From positions 1 through 26,680 of the forward strand of contig JAYUGC010000133.1 in the NCBI GenBank assembly GCA_043767805.1: a stretch of 26,680 nt of DNA. Reading direction: 5' to 3'. The DNA comes from Pseudomonadota bacterium (GTDB lineage: Bacteria; Bdellovibrionota; FAC87; UBA2466). Below, one piece after another: positions 17,921-26,365 of this stretch. Position numbers and translations under genes: made by a program. A model generated the notes under the pieces. It was not told the origin of the DNA, searched no databases, and saw only the letters and a list, made by a program, of their open reading frames with translations. Position 1 is the first letter of the stretch; each line of letters starts with the position of its first letter.

Positions 17921-19174
17921 TTGATAAAACGCACTTTAAATTTGCTGCTTTGGGTCGCGGTTCTAGGGACTGCCCCGCCCGCTTTCGGCGAGCACGAGGA
18001 AATCCGTCTCCGCGCGGAAAGTGAGACCTTTAAATATCTGGGCGAGAGCTTTCCCGACTCGAATTTGAAAGATCAATTCCGCGAGGAAATTCCGCACCAG
18101 GGAGCGACCTCCGCCTGCGGATCTTTTGCCGCCATTGGCGTACTCGAGGCGGCCTGTAAGCGCGCCATCCATAAGGACTTGGATCTCTCGGAAGCCTTCG
18201 TCGCCTACCGGCAGATTCGCCGCCACTACCGAGATCACTCGCTTGATGACTTCGAGCTGCGAGACGGCGAAAAACTTCTCGGGGCCTCCGAGGCTCAAAA
18301 TCCCAGCGCGATTCTAAAAGACGTTCAGACCCAGGGCGCGATTTGCACCGAGGGAGAACTAGGATTCGATAAAGAGCTCTTTCCCTTGATTCAGGATTTG
18401 AAAGCGGGATTACTCGCTCGCTTTCACGACGAGAAACCCATTACGAAGCCCGTCGCGGAGCCCAAGCCAACGCCACCTCGAATTTCCTTCCGTTCCGGTC
18501 CGCTATTAGGTCAGCTCCCGGACGACTTGCCTCAGGTCCCGGCGAGCGCGGACGCCTCCGTCACCTTACTTGGAGTCCGAGGCCCTTTTTCACCCGTTCC
18601 CGCTTACCCGGATTCAGAGAGAGGCATCGCCCACCTGAAAGAGCTGACCGGGGAGCTTTGCACGTCGTTGGACGGAAACCTTCAGTGCCGGCTCGGAAGT
18701 CAGAGATCCGATAGCATGGGCGTCTTGCCAACGTCCCTCACTCCGCATTTGAATTCCTGCTTGGCCGCGCTCGCGCCCGCGCAGGTCATCAAAAATGCTT
18801 CCGTGAAACAGGCCCTTTTTCTGCTCGCGGCGGGGCAGCCGCTGGCGTGCACGGACAGTGGTCTGAACGGAAGACTGCACGCGTTCGTGCTTCAAGGAGC
18901 GCGAGCGAGCCGAGAGCATCCCAATCGCATCGAATGGCTCGTGAGAGATTCCGCCGCGCGAGAGGAGCACAAAGGCAAACCGACCTGGGTGTCTTGGAAC
19001 GACCTGGGAAGCGTTTGTCAGGAGTTGGTGGCACTCCCGACGCAGGCCGAAACAGCTAAAGTCGAGGCGCTCATCGAGGCGACGAGCCGGACGAAGGAAG
19101 TGGAACGGGCGGAGCGAGTGCGAGTGCTCACCCAAAAATATGGAAACGGTCCTTGGCCCTCGGACGCCTACTGA
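17921..19174 (+). CDS. Secreted papain-like (C1 family) cysteine protease homolog
   Basis: Signal peptide from TTG 17921; HQGATSACGSFA (oxyanion Gln, catalytic Cys), DLSEAFV, HAFVLQG (His), WLVRDS. Confidence 0.75.
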   Translation: MIKRTLNLLLWVAVLGTAPPAFGEHEEIRLRAESETFKYLGESFPDSNLKDQFREEIPHQGATSACGSFAAIGVLEAACKRAIHKDLDLSEAFVAYRQIRRHYRDHSLDDFELRDGEKLLGASEAQNPSAILKDVQTQGAICTEGELGFDKELFPLIQDLKAGLLARFHDEKPITKPVAEPKPTPPRISFRSGPLLGQLPDDLPQVPASADASVTLLGVRGPFSPVPAYPDSERGIAHLKELTGELCTSLDGNLQCRLGSQRSDSMGVLPTSLTPHLNSCLAALAPAQVIKNASVKQALFLLAAGQPLACTDSGLNGRLHAFVLQGARASREHPNRIEWLVRDSAAREEHKGKPTWVSWNDLGSVCQELVALPTQAETAKVEALIEATSRTKEVERAERVRVLTQKYGNGPWPSDAY

Positions 19175-19458
19175 TACCAGAGGCCTGAGTCTTGGCGGCG
19201 ATCGGCTTTGAGGCGCGCTTCGACCATCTTGCAGATGGCGTTACACTCTTCGTTCGACGGGTTCATGAAGTAGAGTTCCATGTTCTTATGGAGCGAGAGA
19301 ATCGCTTCTTCTTCCATTCCGCCCAGGCGGAACATTTCCAGCACCGCGAAAGCGATGGCGCCCATCGCGCCGTCCATTTTCCAGGACTTCTTTAAAGTTT
19401 CTTCATAAAGGCCGTTCACCGACTTTATCGACGTAGTTTCGTTCGTATTAGTTTCCAC
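19168..19458 (-). CDS. Small helical hypothetical protein
   Basis: 96-aa ORF with GAGGGGG RBS before GTG and natural composition; convergent 7-bp overlap with the protease. Confidence 0.65.
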   Translation of the reverse strand: METNTNETTSIKSVNGLYEETLKKSWKMDGAMGAIAFAVLEMFRLGGMEEEAILSLHKNMELYFMNPSNEECNAICKMVEARLKADRRQDSGLWYQ

Positions 19459-19521
19459 GCGGGCACCCCCTCAGGCGTTGAATTTCCCCGGATTCTAGCC
19501 ATCAATTCCAGGTTTTACAAA

Positions 19522-20859
19522 TCAAGGAGAGGACGCGAGCTTTAGATCATCCAGCAACTCGCGGTAGTAGCGGCCGCTTTTTTCGGGGGGGGCCCGCAAG
19601 ATGGCCGCGGGATGATAAGTGAGAAGGACGCGAGTGTCCCCGCCCATGGGCAACCAAGTTCCCCGGTAACGCTCGACGGGCCATAACCTTCCCGTGACGG
19701 AAAGGGCGGCCGTGCTTCCCAGGCAAAGCACGATTTTCGGTCTCACCAAGGAAAGCTCCATCTGAAGCCACGGGCGACAGGCCGCGACTTCATCTCGCTC
19801 GGGGCGTTTGTGAAGCCGCAAGGGACCGCGCTGCTCGTACTTGAAATGTTTGACGGCGTTGGTTAGGTAAACGTCCTTCAAGGGAACTTCTCCTTCGCGC
19901 GCGATCTGACGGAGGAGCTGGCCCGCGGGCCCGATGAAGAGCTCGCCCGCTTTTTCTTCCTCGTCGCCCGGTTGCTCGCCGACCAAAACCAGGGGCGCTT
20001 TTGGATTTCCTTTTCCCGCCGTGGGACTGCAGTGGGAGTGGAGGCGGCACCCCTGACAGAGGGGCAGCGCTTGGCCTATCTCCTCCAAAGATGAGCAGTT
20101 CCGCGGAATGAAACCCGCAGCCGAGTTCTGCGCTTTTCTCGCCATGGCCTCTAATCGGGCGGCTCCTTCTCGGATCAAGCCAGGGATGAGCCGAGTCTCG
20201 GGCAGGGTTTGCCAATGCCATACGGGCATCTCCTTTTTCATCGCCTGAACCATCAGGCGCGCGGGGTTATGAATGGAGGCGTAGTAAGTTCGCCAGTAGT
20301 TCTCCCAATCGTCCTCGACTTCCAAGAACTGTCCTTGATGTCCGGGACCGAACCGCAACTCGCCTTGGTCGTGATGAGCTGACTCTTCCGACGTGACGAT
20401 GACCCAGTTCATCACGGGGAAGCGCCGGCAAAAGAGCCGGACAAAAAGATCGAGCGTGTCATGCTGGGGGCGGTGCCAGGCGGTGAACACTTCCTTGCCT
20501 TCGGCCGCGATCTTTTTGAAACGCACGAAGGCGTGAGCTTTGTGCACGTCTCGCCGGATCGCCTTCAGGCGCCGCCCCCACTCGATGGTGTCTTTATCTA
20601 CCGGATTCTCCAAAAAGCCGGCCCCTTCCGTCGCCAGCCTTTCGCCGACCCGGTCTAGAAAGCTCCACCGCGTCTCGGCTTGGTAGCAAGAGATCGCATA
20701 AGCTTCTCCGCGCAGCTCTCCCGGTAGAGCGTCCTGCGGGCGTTTGGTCTCGGGGGAAAACATTTCGAATAGACCATTGCCTTCGGACCTCCCGTCTCCA
20801 GCAAGCCAGCGATTAAAAAGTTGTCTCGTACGACTTTCTTTTCGTAACGTTTCCACCAC
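19522..20859 (-). CDS. DUF4130 (TIGR03915-type) domain fused to UdgX-type family-4 uracil-DNA glycosylase
   Basis: IRRDVHKAHAFVRF, WRTYYASIHNPARL, MKKEMP..HWQTLPE; then CQGC Fe-S Cys, GEQPG, NAVKHFK, R-loop RGPLRLHKRP, TYHPAAILR. Confidence 0.9.
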   Translation of the reverse strand: MVETLRKESRTRQLFNRWLAGDGRSEGNGLFEMFSPETKRPQDALPGELRGEAYAISCYQAETRWSFLDRVGERLATEGAGFLENPVDKDTIEWGRRLKAIRRDVHKAHAFVRFKKIAAEGKEVFTAWHRPQHDTLDLFVRLFCRRFPVMNWVIVTSEESAHHDQGELRFGPGHQGQFLEVEDDWENYWRTYYASIHNPARLMVQAMKKEMPVWHWQTLPETRLIPGLIREGAARLEAMARKAQNSAAGFIPRNCSSLEEIGQALPLCQGCRLHSHCSPTAGKGNPKAPLVLVGEQPGDEEEKAGELFIGPAGQLLRQIAREGEVPLKDVYLTNAVKHFKYEQRGPLRLHKRPERDEVAACRPWLQMELSLVRPKIVLCLGSTAALSVTGRLWPVERYRGTWLPMGGDTRVLLTYHPAAILRAPPEKSGRYYRELLDDLKLASSP

Positions 20860-20866
20860 ATAGTTC

Positions 20867-22129
20867 CTATAGTTCTCCTGTTCTGGCCGAGGCTCCCGTC
20901 TCGAAGAGAGACAGTTGCACCGGTTCTGGTTTCAATTGGCCTTCCAGACCCACCGAATCCACGAATTTCAAGTAAGGGTTCACGTCTTTCACCTGGATGA
21001 AAAACTTCGCCTTCTTGATGGAGGCTCCCATTCGGGTGAGATCCTCCAAAGTGAGCTTTCGAAAACGCCGAGCATTCAAAATTCTGTCCACGGTACGCAC
21101 CCCCAAGCCAGGCACTCGCAAGAGGTCCTGACGAAACGCACGATTGATGTTTACGGGAAACAAAAATCGATTTCTCAAAGCCCAAGACAGTTTGGGATCC
21201 CGGCTCAAATCGAGATCGGGATATTTATCCGAAGCGAGCTCGCCGACGTCGTAGCCATAGTGACGCACGAGCCAATCCGCTTGATAGAGCCGGTGCTCTC
21301 TCAAGAGAGGCGGCGGATGATGCGGCAAACCGGAATTGGAATGCGGGATCGGGCTGTAGGCCGTGTAGTACACGCGCTTCAAACGAAAGTTGCGGTAAAG
21401 CGACACCGCCTTGGTCAAGATGTGAGCATCGGAAGCTTCCGTAGCACCCACAATGATTTGAGTGCTCTGCCCCGCGGGCGCGAAAATTTCCCCGAACTTC
21501 TTTCCCCCGGGAGTCGCCTCTTTTTGCTCTTTCGAGGCGTCGATACCGTCCTTAAGCACTTGCATGGTCGATTCGGTTTCTTCATGAGTTTTCGCGGGAG
21601 CCAGTTTGAGAAGATCGACCGGCCGGGGTAGCTCGATGTTCACGCTCACGCGGTCGGCCCAAAGTCCGGCGGAGCGGGAAATCTCGGGAGAGGCACCCGC
21701 TACCGCCTTGAGATGAATGTACCCTCCGAAGAGATGCTTCTCTCTCAAGATTTGGGCTACGCTCACCATTTTTTCCATGGTGGCGTCGGCCGAGCCGAGC
21801 ACACCAGAGGATAAGAAAAGTCCTTCGATGTAATTGCGCCGATAAAACTCGAGCGTGAGACTCACTACCTCTTCCACCGTGAACTGAGCTCGCTTCACGT
21901 CACTCGAAACCCGGTTCACGCAGTACATGCAGTCGTACAAGCAATGATTCGTGAAGAGGACTTTCAAAAGCGAGATGCACCGGCCGTCAGGGGCGTAGCT
22001 GTGACAAATCCCCATGCCTTCCGTATTGCCGAGCCCGCCGATATTTTTCCGTTTCGACCCACTGCTCGCGCACGAAGCGTCGTATTTGGCGGCGTCGGCA
22101 AGGATGGAAAGCTTCTCGAGTAGTCCCAC
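20867..22129 (-). CDS. Putative DNA modification/repair radical SAM protein (TIGR03916-type) with helix-hairpin-helix
   Basis: EKLSILADAAKYDASC, GICHSYAPDGRC, CLYDCMYC radical SAM motif, REHRLYQADWL, LLRVPGLG HhH. Start placed at GTG 22129 from the family N-terminus and promoter position. Confidence 0.93.
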   Translation of the reverse strand: MGLLEKLSILADAAKYDASCASSGSKRKNIGGLGNTEGMGICHSYAPDGRCISLLKVLFTNHCLYDCMYCVNRVSSDVKRAQFTVEEVVSLTLEFYRRNYIEGLFLSSGVLGSADATMEKMVSVAQILREKHLFGGYIHLKAVAGASPEISRSAGLWADRVSVNIELPRPVDLLKLAPAKTHEETESTMQVLKDGIDASKEQKEATPGGKKFGEIFAPAGQSTQIIVGATEASDAHILTKAVSLYRNFRLKRVYYTAYSPIPHSNSGLPHHPPPLLREHRLYQADWLVRHYGYDVGELASDKYPDLDLSRDPKLSWALRNRFLFPVNINRAFRQDLLRVPGLGVRTVDRILNARRFRKLTLEDLTRMGASIKKAKFFIQVKDVNPYLKFVDSVGLEGQLKPEPVQLSLFETGASARTGEL

Positions 22130-22135
22130 CCGAAT

Positions 22136-22164
22136 ACCATACATTTGTATGGTTGATGAATCAA
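22136..22164 (-). promoter_or_regulatory. sigma70-type promoter overlapped by a palindromic operator
   Basis: Minus strand TTGATT (22164-22159), 17 bp, TATGGT (22141-22136); inverted repeat ACCATACA-N2-TGTATGGT at 22136-22153. Confidence 0.6.
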
Positions 22165-22229
22165 GTCGCAGTGAAACATCTTCGGGCAAGTTACTGTCCC
22201 GGGCTGGCATAATGGAGTGACCCCCCCTT

Positions 22230-23702
22230 ATGAGAATCGCCTCACTCCTATGCCTCTCTCTGCTTTCAGTTTCTGGCTTCGCTGAACTGCCTAAGAAAGA
22301 AAAATGCCCTTATAGGCAAGTGTCCGCGCAGGTGGCGACGGATTTATCCGGGATTCGCTTCTTTGAAGTTTTAGATCGCTCACCACGCAAGGTTTTTGAA
22401 GTAGGCCGCCGGGGTGAGCCAGGCCATATCCGCGCGGAGTACCGCCCCTCGACGGGTGAGTACCTCTACGACGAAACCGGTTCCGTGGATTCGAAGGGCG
22501 ACGCTCGAACGATGAGCTGGGGGTACAACGAGCGCACGGGCAACCTCAGCGCCACGCACGGCGAAACCGACGCGCAACTCCGAGCCAGATTTGATCGGCA
22601 GAAGGAATTTTTTGCTTCGAAACTAGACTTGAAGATTCCCTCGGGTGCCTTAGGCTATCCGGAGGTGAGCGAAATCTTAAAACGCGAAACCGCGCGCGAG
22701 CCCACGGATCCGAAGCTCCTGCAAAAAGGGGACTGTCTTCTTTTTTTTTCGACGGAAGGATTAGGTGAGCTCACCCTGGTGGAGTTTGATGCCCTTCAAA
22801 CCGATCGCACGGGCCAATGGATGGATTTTAATCCCTCCGAAGTCACCGGGGCTCAAAGGTTAACCATCCACACCGGCCGATCGAAACAGAGGCCGCTGCA
22901 GGACGCACGTTACGTGCGCTCCGACTTTTACGAAGTACAAGGCCACCGAAGGATTACGCCGGATCTTATGATCTGGAAAATCAGCAAGCACGACGCCGAG
23001 ACCATCTCTAAATATCGCTCCGTCCGAGACGACCCGATGGCCGAATTTGGGATGACGCGCGAGGAGCTCACCGTGTACGTGACGCTGCAAAATCTGCAGT
23101 ACATACGCTGGGGAAAAGACCATGTGGACTACCATAGCGAGGGGGATGCGGCTCACAAGAAAACATGGGAAGCTTATTACGCCTCAAGTACTCCAGAGAG
23201 TTACGCGGCGGCTATCGATGCGCTAATCGGACGAGTTGGCGAAGCTACTTTCTCTAAAGTGGTAAAGCAGCTTTTCGATGCCCACCTGCGAAAGCTCCAC
23301 ACCTCTCTGCACACTGACTTTTCTCCCTTTGCGCCTCATTCGGACATTAGCCCCTTCGGCGGCGAGTATGGAACTTTGGCCCGAGAAGCCATTCACAAAG
23401 CGCATCCCACGGCGCAGAATATGACAGAGTCAGGGCACGTCGTGAACGCCAAGACGCTATTCGCCGACGAGGTCTTTTGGATGGCCATGAAGAAACGGCC
23501 CGCTCTTTTCAATGGATTTGTGGATCATCTGAAGGCCATTCCGAAAGACTACCTTCAGACGGGGAGCACTTACGGGGTCGATGCCCGAATCGATCCCATC
23601 GCGCTCGTAAAGCAGCACTTCCCGGAAACGTTTCGGGTGATTCACGAGCAGAGACCAGATTTCGACTCCGATACCAAACCGGCGATTCAAATCGTGAAAT
23701 AG
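22230..23702 (+). CDS. Secreted hypothetical protein
   Basis: 490-aa ORF, signal peptide MRIASLLCLSLLSVSGFA, no recognisable domain. Confidence 0.75.
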   Translation: MRIASLLCLSLLSVSGFAELPKKEKCPYRQVSAQVATDLSGIRFFEVLDRSPRKVFEVGRRGEPGHIRAEYRPSTGEYLYDETGSVDSKGDARTMSWGYNERTGNLSATHGETDAQLRARFDRQKEFFASKLDLKIPSGALGYPEVSEILKRETAREPTDPKLLQKGDCLLFFSTEGLGELTLVEFDALQTDRTGQWMDFNPSEVTGAQRLTIHTGRSKQRPLQDARYVRSDFYEVQGHRRITPDLMIWKISKHDAETISKYRSVRDDPMAEFGMTREELTVYVTLQNLQYIRWGKDHVDYHSEGDAAHKKTWEAYYASSTPESYAAAIDALIGRVGEATFSKVVKQLFDAHLRKLHTSLHTDFSPFAPHSDISPFGGEYGTLAREAIHKAHPTAQNMTESGHVVNAKTLFADEVFWMAMKKRPALFNGFVDHLKAIPKDYLQTGSTYGVDARIDPIALVKQHFPETFRVIHEQRPDFDSDTKPAIQIVK

Positions 23703-23737
23703 CTAATTGTTATCGACGGAAACTCACCGAGCCTTCC

Positions 23738-24709
23738 TCAAGGAAGGTTCTCGCTTTTCTCCTGGGCAGCCTGCTTAGCCCAAAGAAATGAGGCAGCCTC
23801 TTTAAGAACTCGAATGGTGCGATCGAGGCGATAAGTTCCGATCACATCGAGATCGTAGGCCCGCGCGAATCTGGCGTCTTCTTCCGAGCTAGCGTCGAAA
23901 ATCCAAACCTGCGAATAGCCGCGATGCAGGTCCGCGATGAGCTTAGGCAAAATAAATTTGAGCTTGCGCGCGTACCTCACGGGCATCGCGAGGATAGTAT
24001 GGCGGCAGCTGGCAGGGACATAACCCGACCAGGAGAGCGCCAACCACCACTTGAGACATTGTTTCGCCTCGGCGGCCGAGGCCGCCACCTGAACGCCGGG
24101 GATCTTTTTACGAACGAGCGCCGCGGCCTCCCCAATATAATAGAAGCGGGAGCGATCGGACTCTGGGTAAGTCATCAGAACCCGGCTCAGGAGCTCTATC
24201 GCCTCCTCGTCCGCGTCCTTGTCGTTCATGGCAAAGGGCCGGTCCGGAAATTCCGCCAAGATCTCTTGCAGAGTCGGCATCAGCCCGACTCCGAGACCTC
24301 TCACAGGAAAAGATTTGCCTTGATCTGGTGAGTACCCGAAACCCACGTCGTCAAGCCTCAGCTCGGAGAGAAGACTTTCCCTTACCTTCCCTTTTCGATC
24401 GGTTCTGCATTCCAAAGACGCGTCGTGGAAGGAGACGAGCTCACCGTCCGCAGTTCGCCGCAGATTGAAATGCCCTATGGGGGCGCCCAGACGAAACGCC
24501 TCCCGCAGAGAGGGAATAGTATTTTCGATGAATTTATGGGTTTCGAAGTTAACGGACTGGGCGGCGCATTTGTGGATATCGATACCGGCTCGCGGCGACT
24601 GACTCAGTCCATGAAAAGCCGCGATCTCATAACCGCGACCGCGCGCCGGCCACGCGAACAAAATGAGTCCAATCAAACAGGAAACGCTCTGGCACCTTTT
24701 GGTATTCAA
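23738..24709 (-). CDS. Glycerophosphodiester phosphodiesterase (GDPD) family protein with divergent active site
   Basis: ENTIPSLREAF, TADGELVSFHDASLECRT, DVGFGYSPDQGKSFPVRGLGVGLMPTLQEIL; signal peptide. Confidence 0.85.
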   Translation of the reverse strand: MNTKRCQSVSCLIGLILFAWPARGRGYEIAAFHGLSQSPRAGIDIHKCAAQSVNFETHKFIENTIPSLREAFRLGAPIGHFNLRRTADGELVSFHDASLECRTDRKGKVRESLLSELRLDDVGFGYSPDQGKSFPVRGLGVGLMPTLQEILAEFPDRPFAMNDKDADEEAIELLSRVLMTYPESDRSRFYYIGEAAALVRKKIPGVQVAASAAEAKQCLKWWLALSWSGYVPASCRHTILAMPVRYARKLKFILPKLIADLHRGYSQVWIFDASSEEDARFARAYDLDVIGTYRLDRTIRVLKEAASFLWAKQAAQEKSENLP

Positions 24710-24742
24710 AGGAGGCTGACCCCATGGTTGGGTTAAGTAGGA

Positions 24743-26365
24743 TCAGGAAAGTGGGGAGGACTCGACGGCGCGATATCGCGAGTGGCCTGCGAGGGAGGAG
24801 AGCTTTTGCTTTACGAATTTTTCCCGGAGCGGCGGCACGGTGTATTTCACCACCACGCCTTTCAGCCGGTTACTCACGTAAGTTCCGAGTACTCGGGCGA
24901 TCAGGCCTTCCGGTTCGGTCCCCGGATAGAGCTCGATATTGTCCGGGAATTGAAGGTCGCCCAAATGCCGGATGCCCATTTTTTCGACGAGGTAGGCTTC
25001 CATTTCGAATAGTAAATCGAACGCGGACTCCCCAGTCAGGCGGCTCAAGGAATAAAGAGGAGATAGGAGGCCGCGATGGAAGGCAGCGGTCAGCCGATGC
25101 ATCATTTGGTAACCATTTCTAAAATCCTGGGCGGAAAAGGTATTCGTTTCGAGCGCCCGGTAAGGCGCCTCTTTCTCGAACACTATCCCGAAAGAGGCCG
25201 GATCCTTATGATAAGTCGAGCCCGGTAAAATGGCGAGACAGCCCACATAAATGCGTCCCGCCTCGAGTTTCATCGCGTAGCGAATAGTATCGAGATAATC
25301 CTGATAAGTGTCCCCGGGAAGCCCGCAGACGACGTCCACCTGGACCAAAAGGTCTTTGGATTTGACGGTATTGATGCGGCGGATATTGTGGGCGAACTTT
25401 TCTAGATTCAAACGACGGTTGGCGAGCTTGAGAGTCGCTGGGTTAATCGTCTGTAACCCACAGGCGAGGGTTCCTCTCTTAATGCCGCCGAGAAGATCGA
25501 TCGTCTCGTCATCCAGCAGGTCGGCGTACAGCTCGAGAGTGATGCGCTTGTGACTCGTATTGTTCTCGTTCAAAATTCTCAAAACTTCTTTGAAACGCTT
25601 TTTATTGACGTTGGCAATGGAGTCTACGACCCAAATATTATCGAGGGGAGAAGCGAGTATTTTCCGGAGCTCGCTTTCCACTCGCTCCAATGGAAAATAG
25701 CGAACAGAGCCAAGCAGTCCCCACGAACAAAAACCGCAGGAGTAGGGGCAACCCCGAAAAGTCTCGTAGGCGGCAAGATGCCTTCCAATTCGATCTAGCG
25801 GAAGTACGCCGTTGAGAATCGGGGACGGAATATCGCCCAGGTTTTGAAAAGGGGGCCGCGGTGGCGTTTGAAAGATGACCTCCCCATCGCGGTAAACGAG
25901 GGACTTAACTCCCGCGAGATACTCAGGACAGTTCGCGGGCTCGATACCGGCTACCAGCAGTTCGGCGAAAGTAGCCTCCCCCTCCCCTTGCACGAGAATG
26001 TCGAATGGCTTGATTCGTTCCAAATACTCACGCCCGCAATGCGAAACTTCCGGACCGCCGACGATGATGGTTAGCGCTGGCGCGCGTATTTTCAAGAGAG
26101 TCGCCACTTCAATCGTCTTATTTGCGTTCCAAAGATAAGCGGAGAAACAAACGAGATCGTATTTCCCGGACCGAATGTTCGAAGCCATCGCTCTCGAAGA
26201 TTTATCCAGGCAGAAATCGCGGACGTCGATTTCGTAAGCGTCACGGATGGGTTCAAATTTTTCGGCGTAACTCTTGAGAAGGAACGGGGCCAGGGCGCGG
26301 CCGGTGTTTCGCATGGAAATGCCGACTATTAGAACACGCCGTTTCGATTTGGGTCCGAGAGCCAT
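24743..26365 (-). CDS. B12-binding domain radical SAM protein (class B methyltransferase-like)
   Basis: Cobalamin-binding region (CFSAYLWN, IIVGGPEVS, QGEGE), ETFRGCPYSCGFC radical SAM motif, GLQT, GLPGDT. Start could be ATG 26365 or TTG 26383. Confidence 0.92.
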   Translation of the reverse strand: MALGPKSKRRVLIVGISMRNTGRALAPFLLKSYAEKFEPIRDAYEIDVRDFCLDKSSRAMASNIRSGKYDLVCFSAYLWNANKTIEVATLLKIRAPALTIIVGGPEVSHCGREYLERIKPFDILVQGEGEATFAELLVAGIEPANCPEYLAGVKSLVYRDGEVIFQTPPRPPFQNLGDIPSPILNGVLPLDRIGRHLAAYETFRGCPYSCGFCSWGLLGSVRYFPLERVESELRKILASPLDNIWVVDSIANVNKKRFKEVLRILNENNTSHKRITLELYADLLDDETIDLLGGIKRGTLACGLQTINPATLKLANRRLNLEKFAHNIRRINTVKSKDLLVQVDVVCGLPGDTYQDYLDTIRYAMKLEAGRIYVGCLAILPGSTYHKDPASFGIVFEKEAPYRALETNTFSAQDFRNGYQMMHRLTAAFHRGLLSPLYSLSRLTGESAFDLLFEMEAYLVEKMGIRHLGDLQFPDNIELYPGTEPEGLIARVLGTYVSNRLKGVVVKYTVPPLREKFVKQKLSSLAGHSRYRAVESSPLS

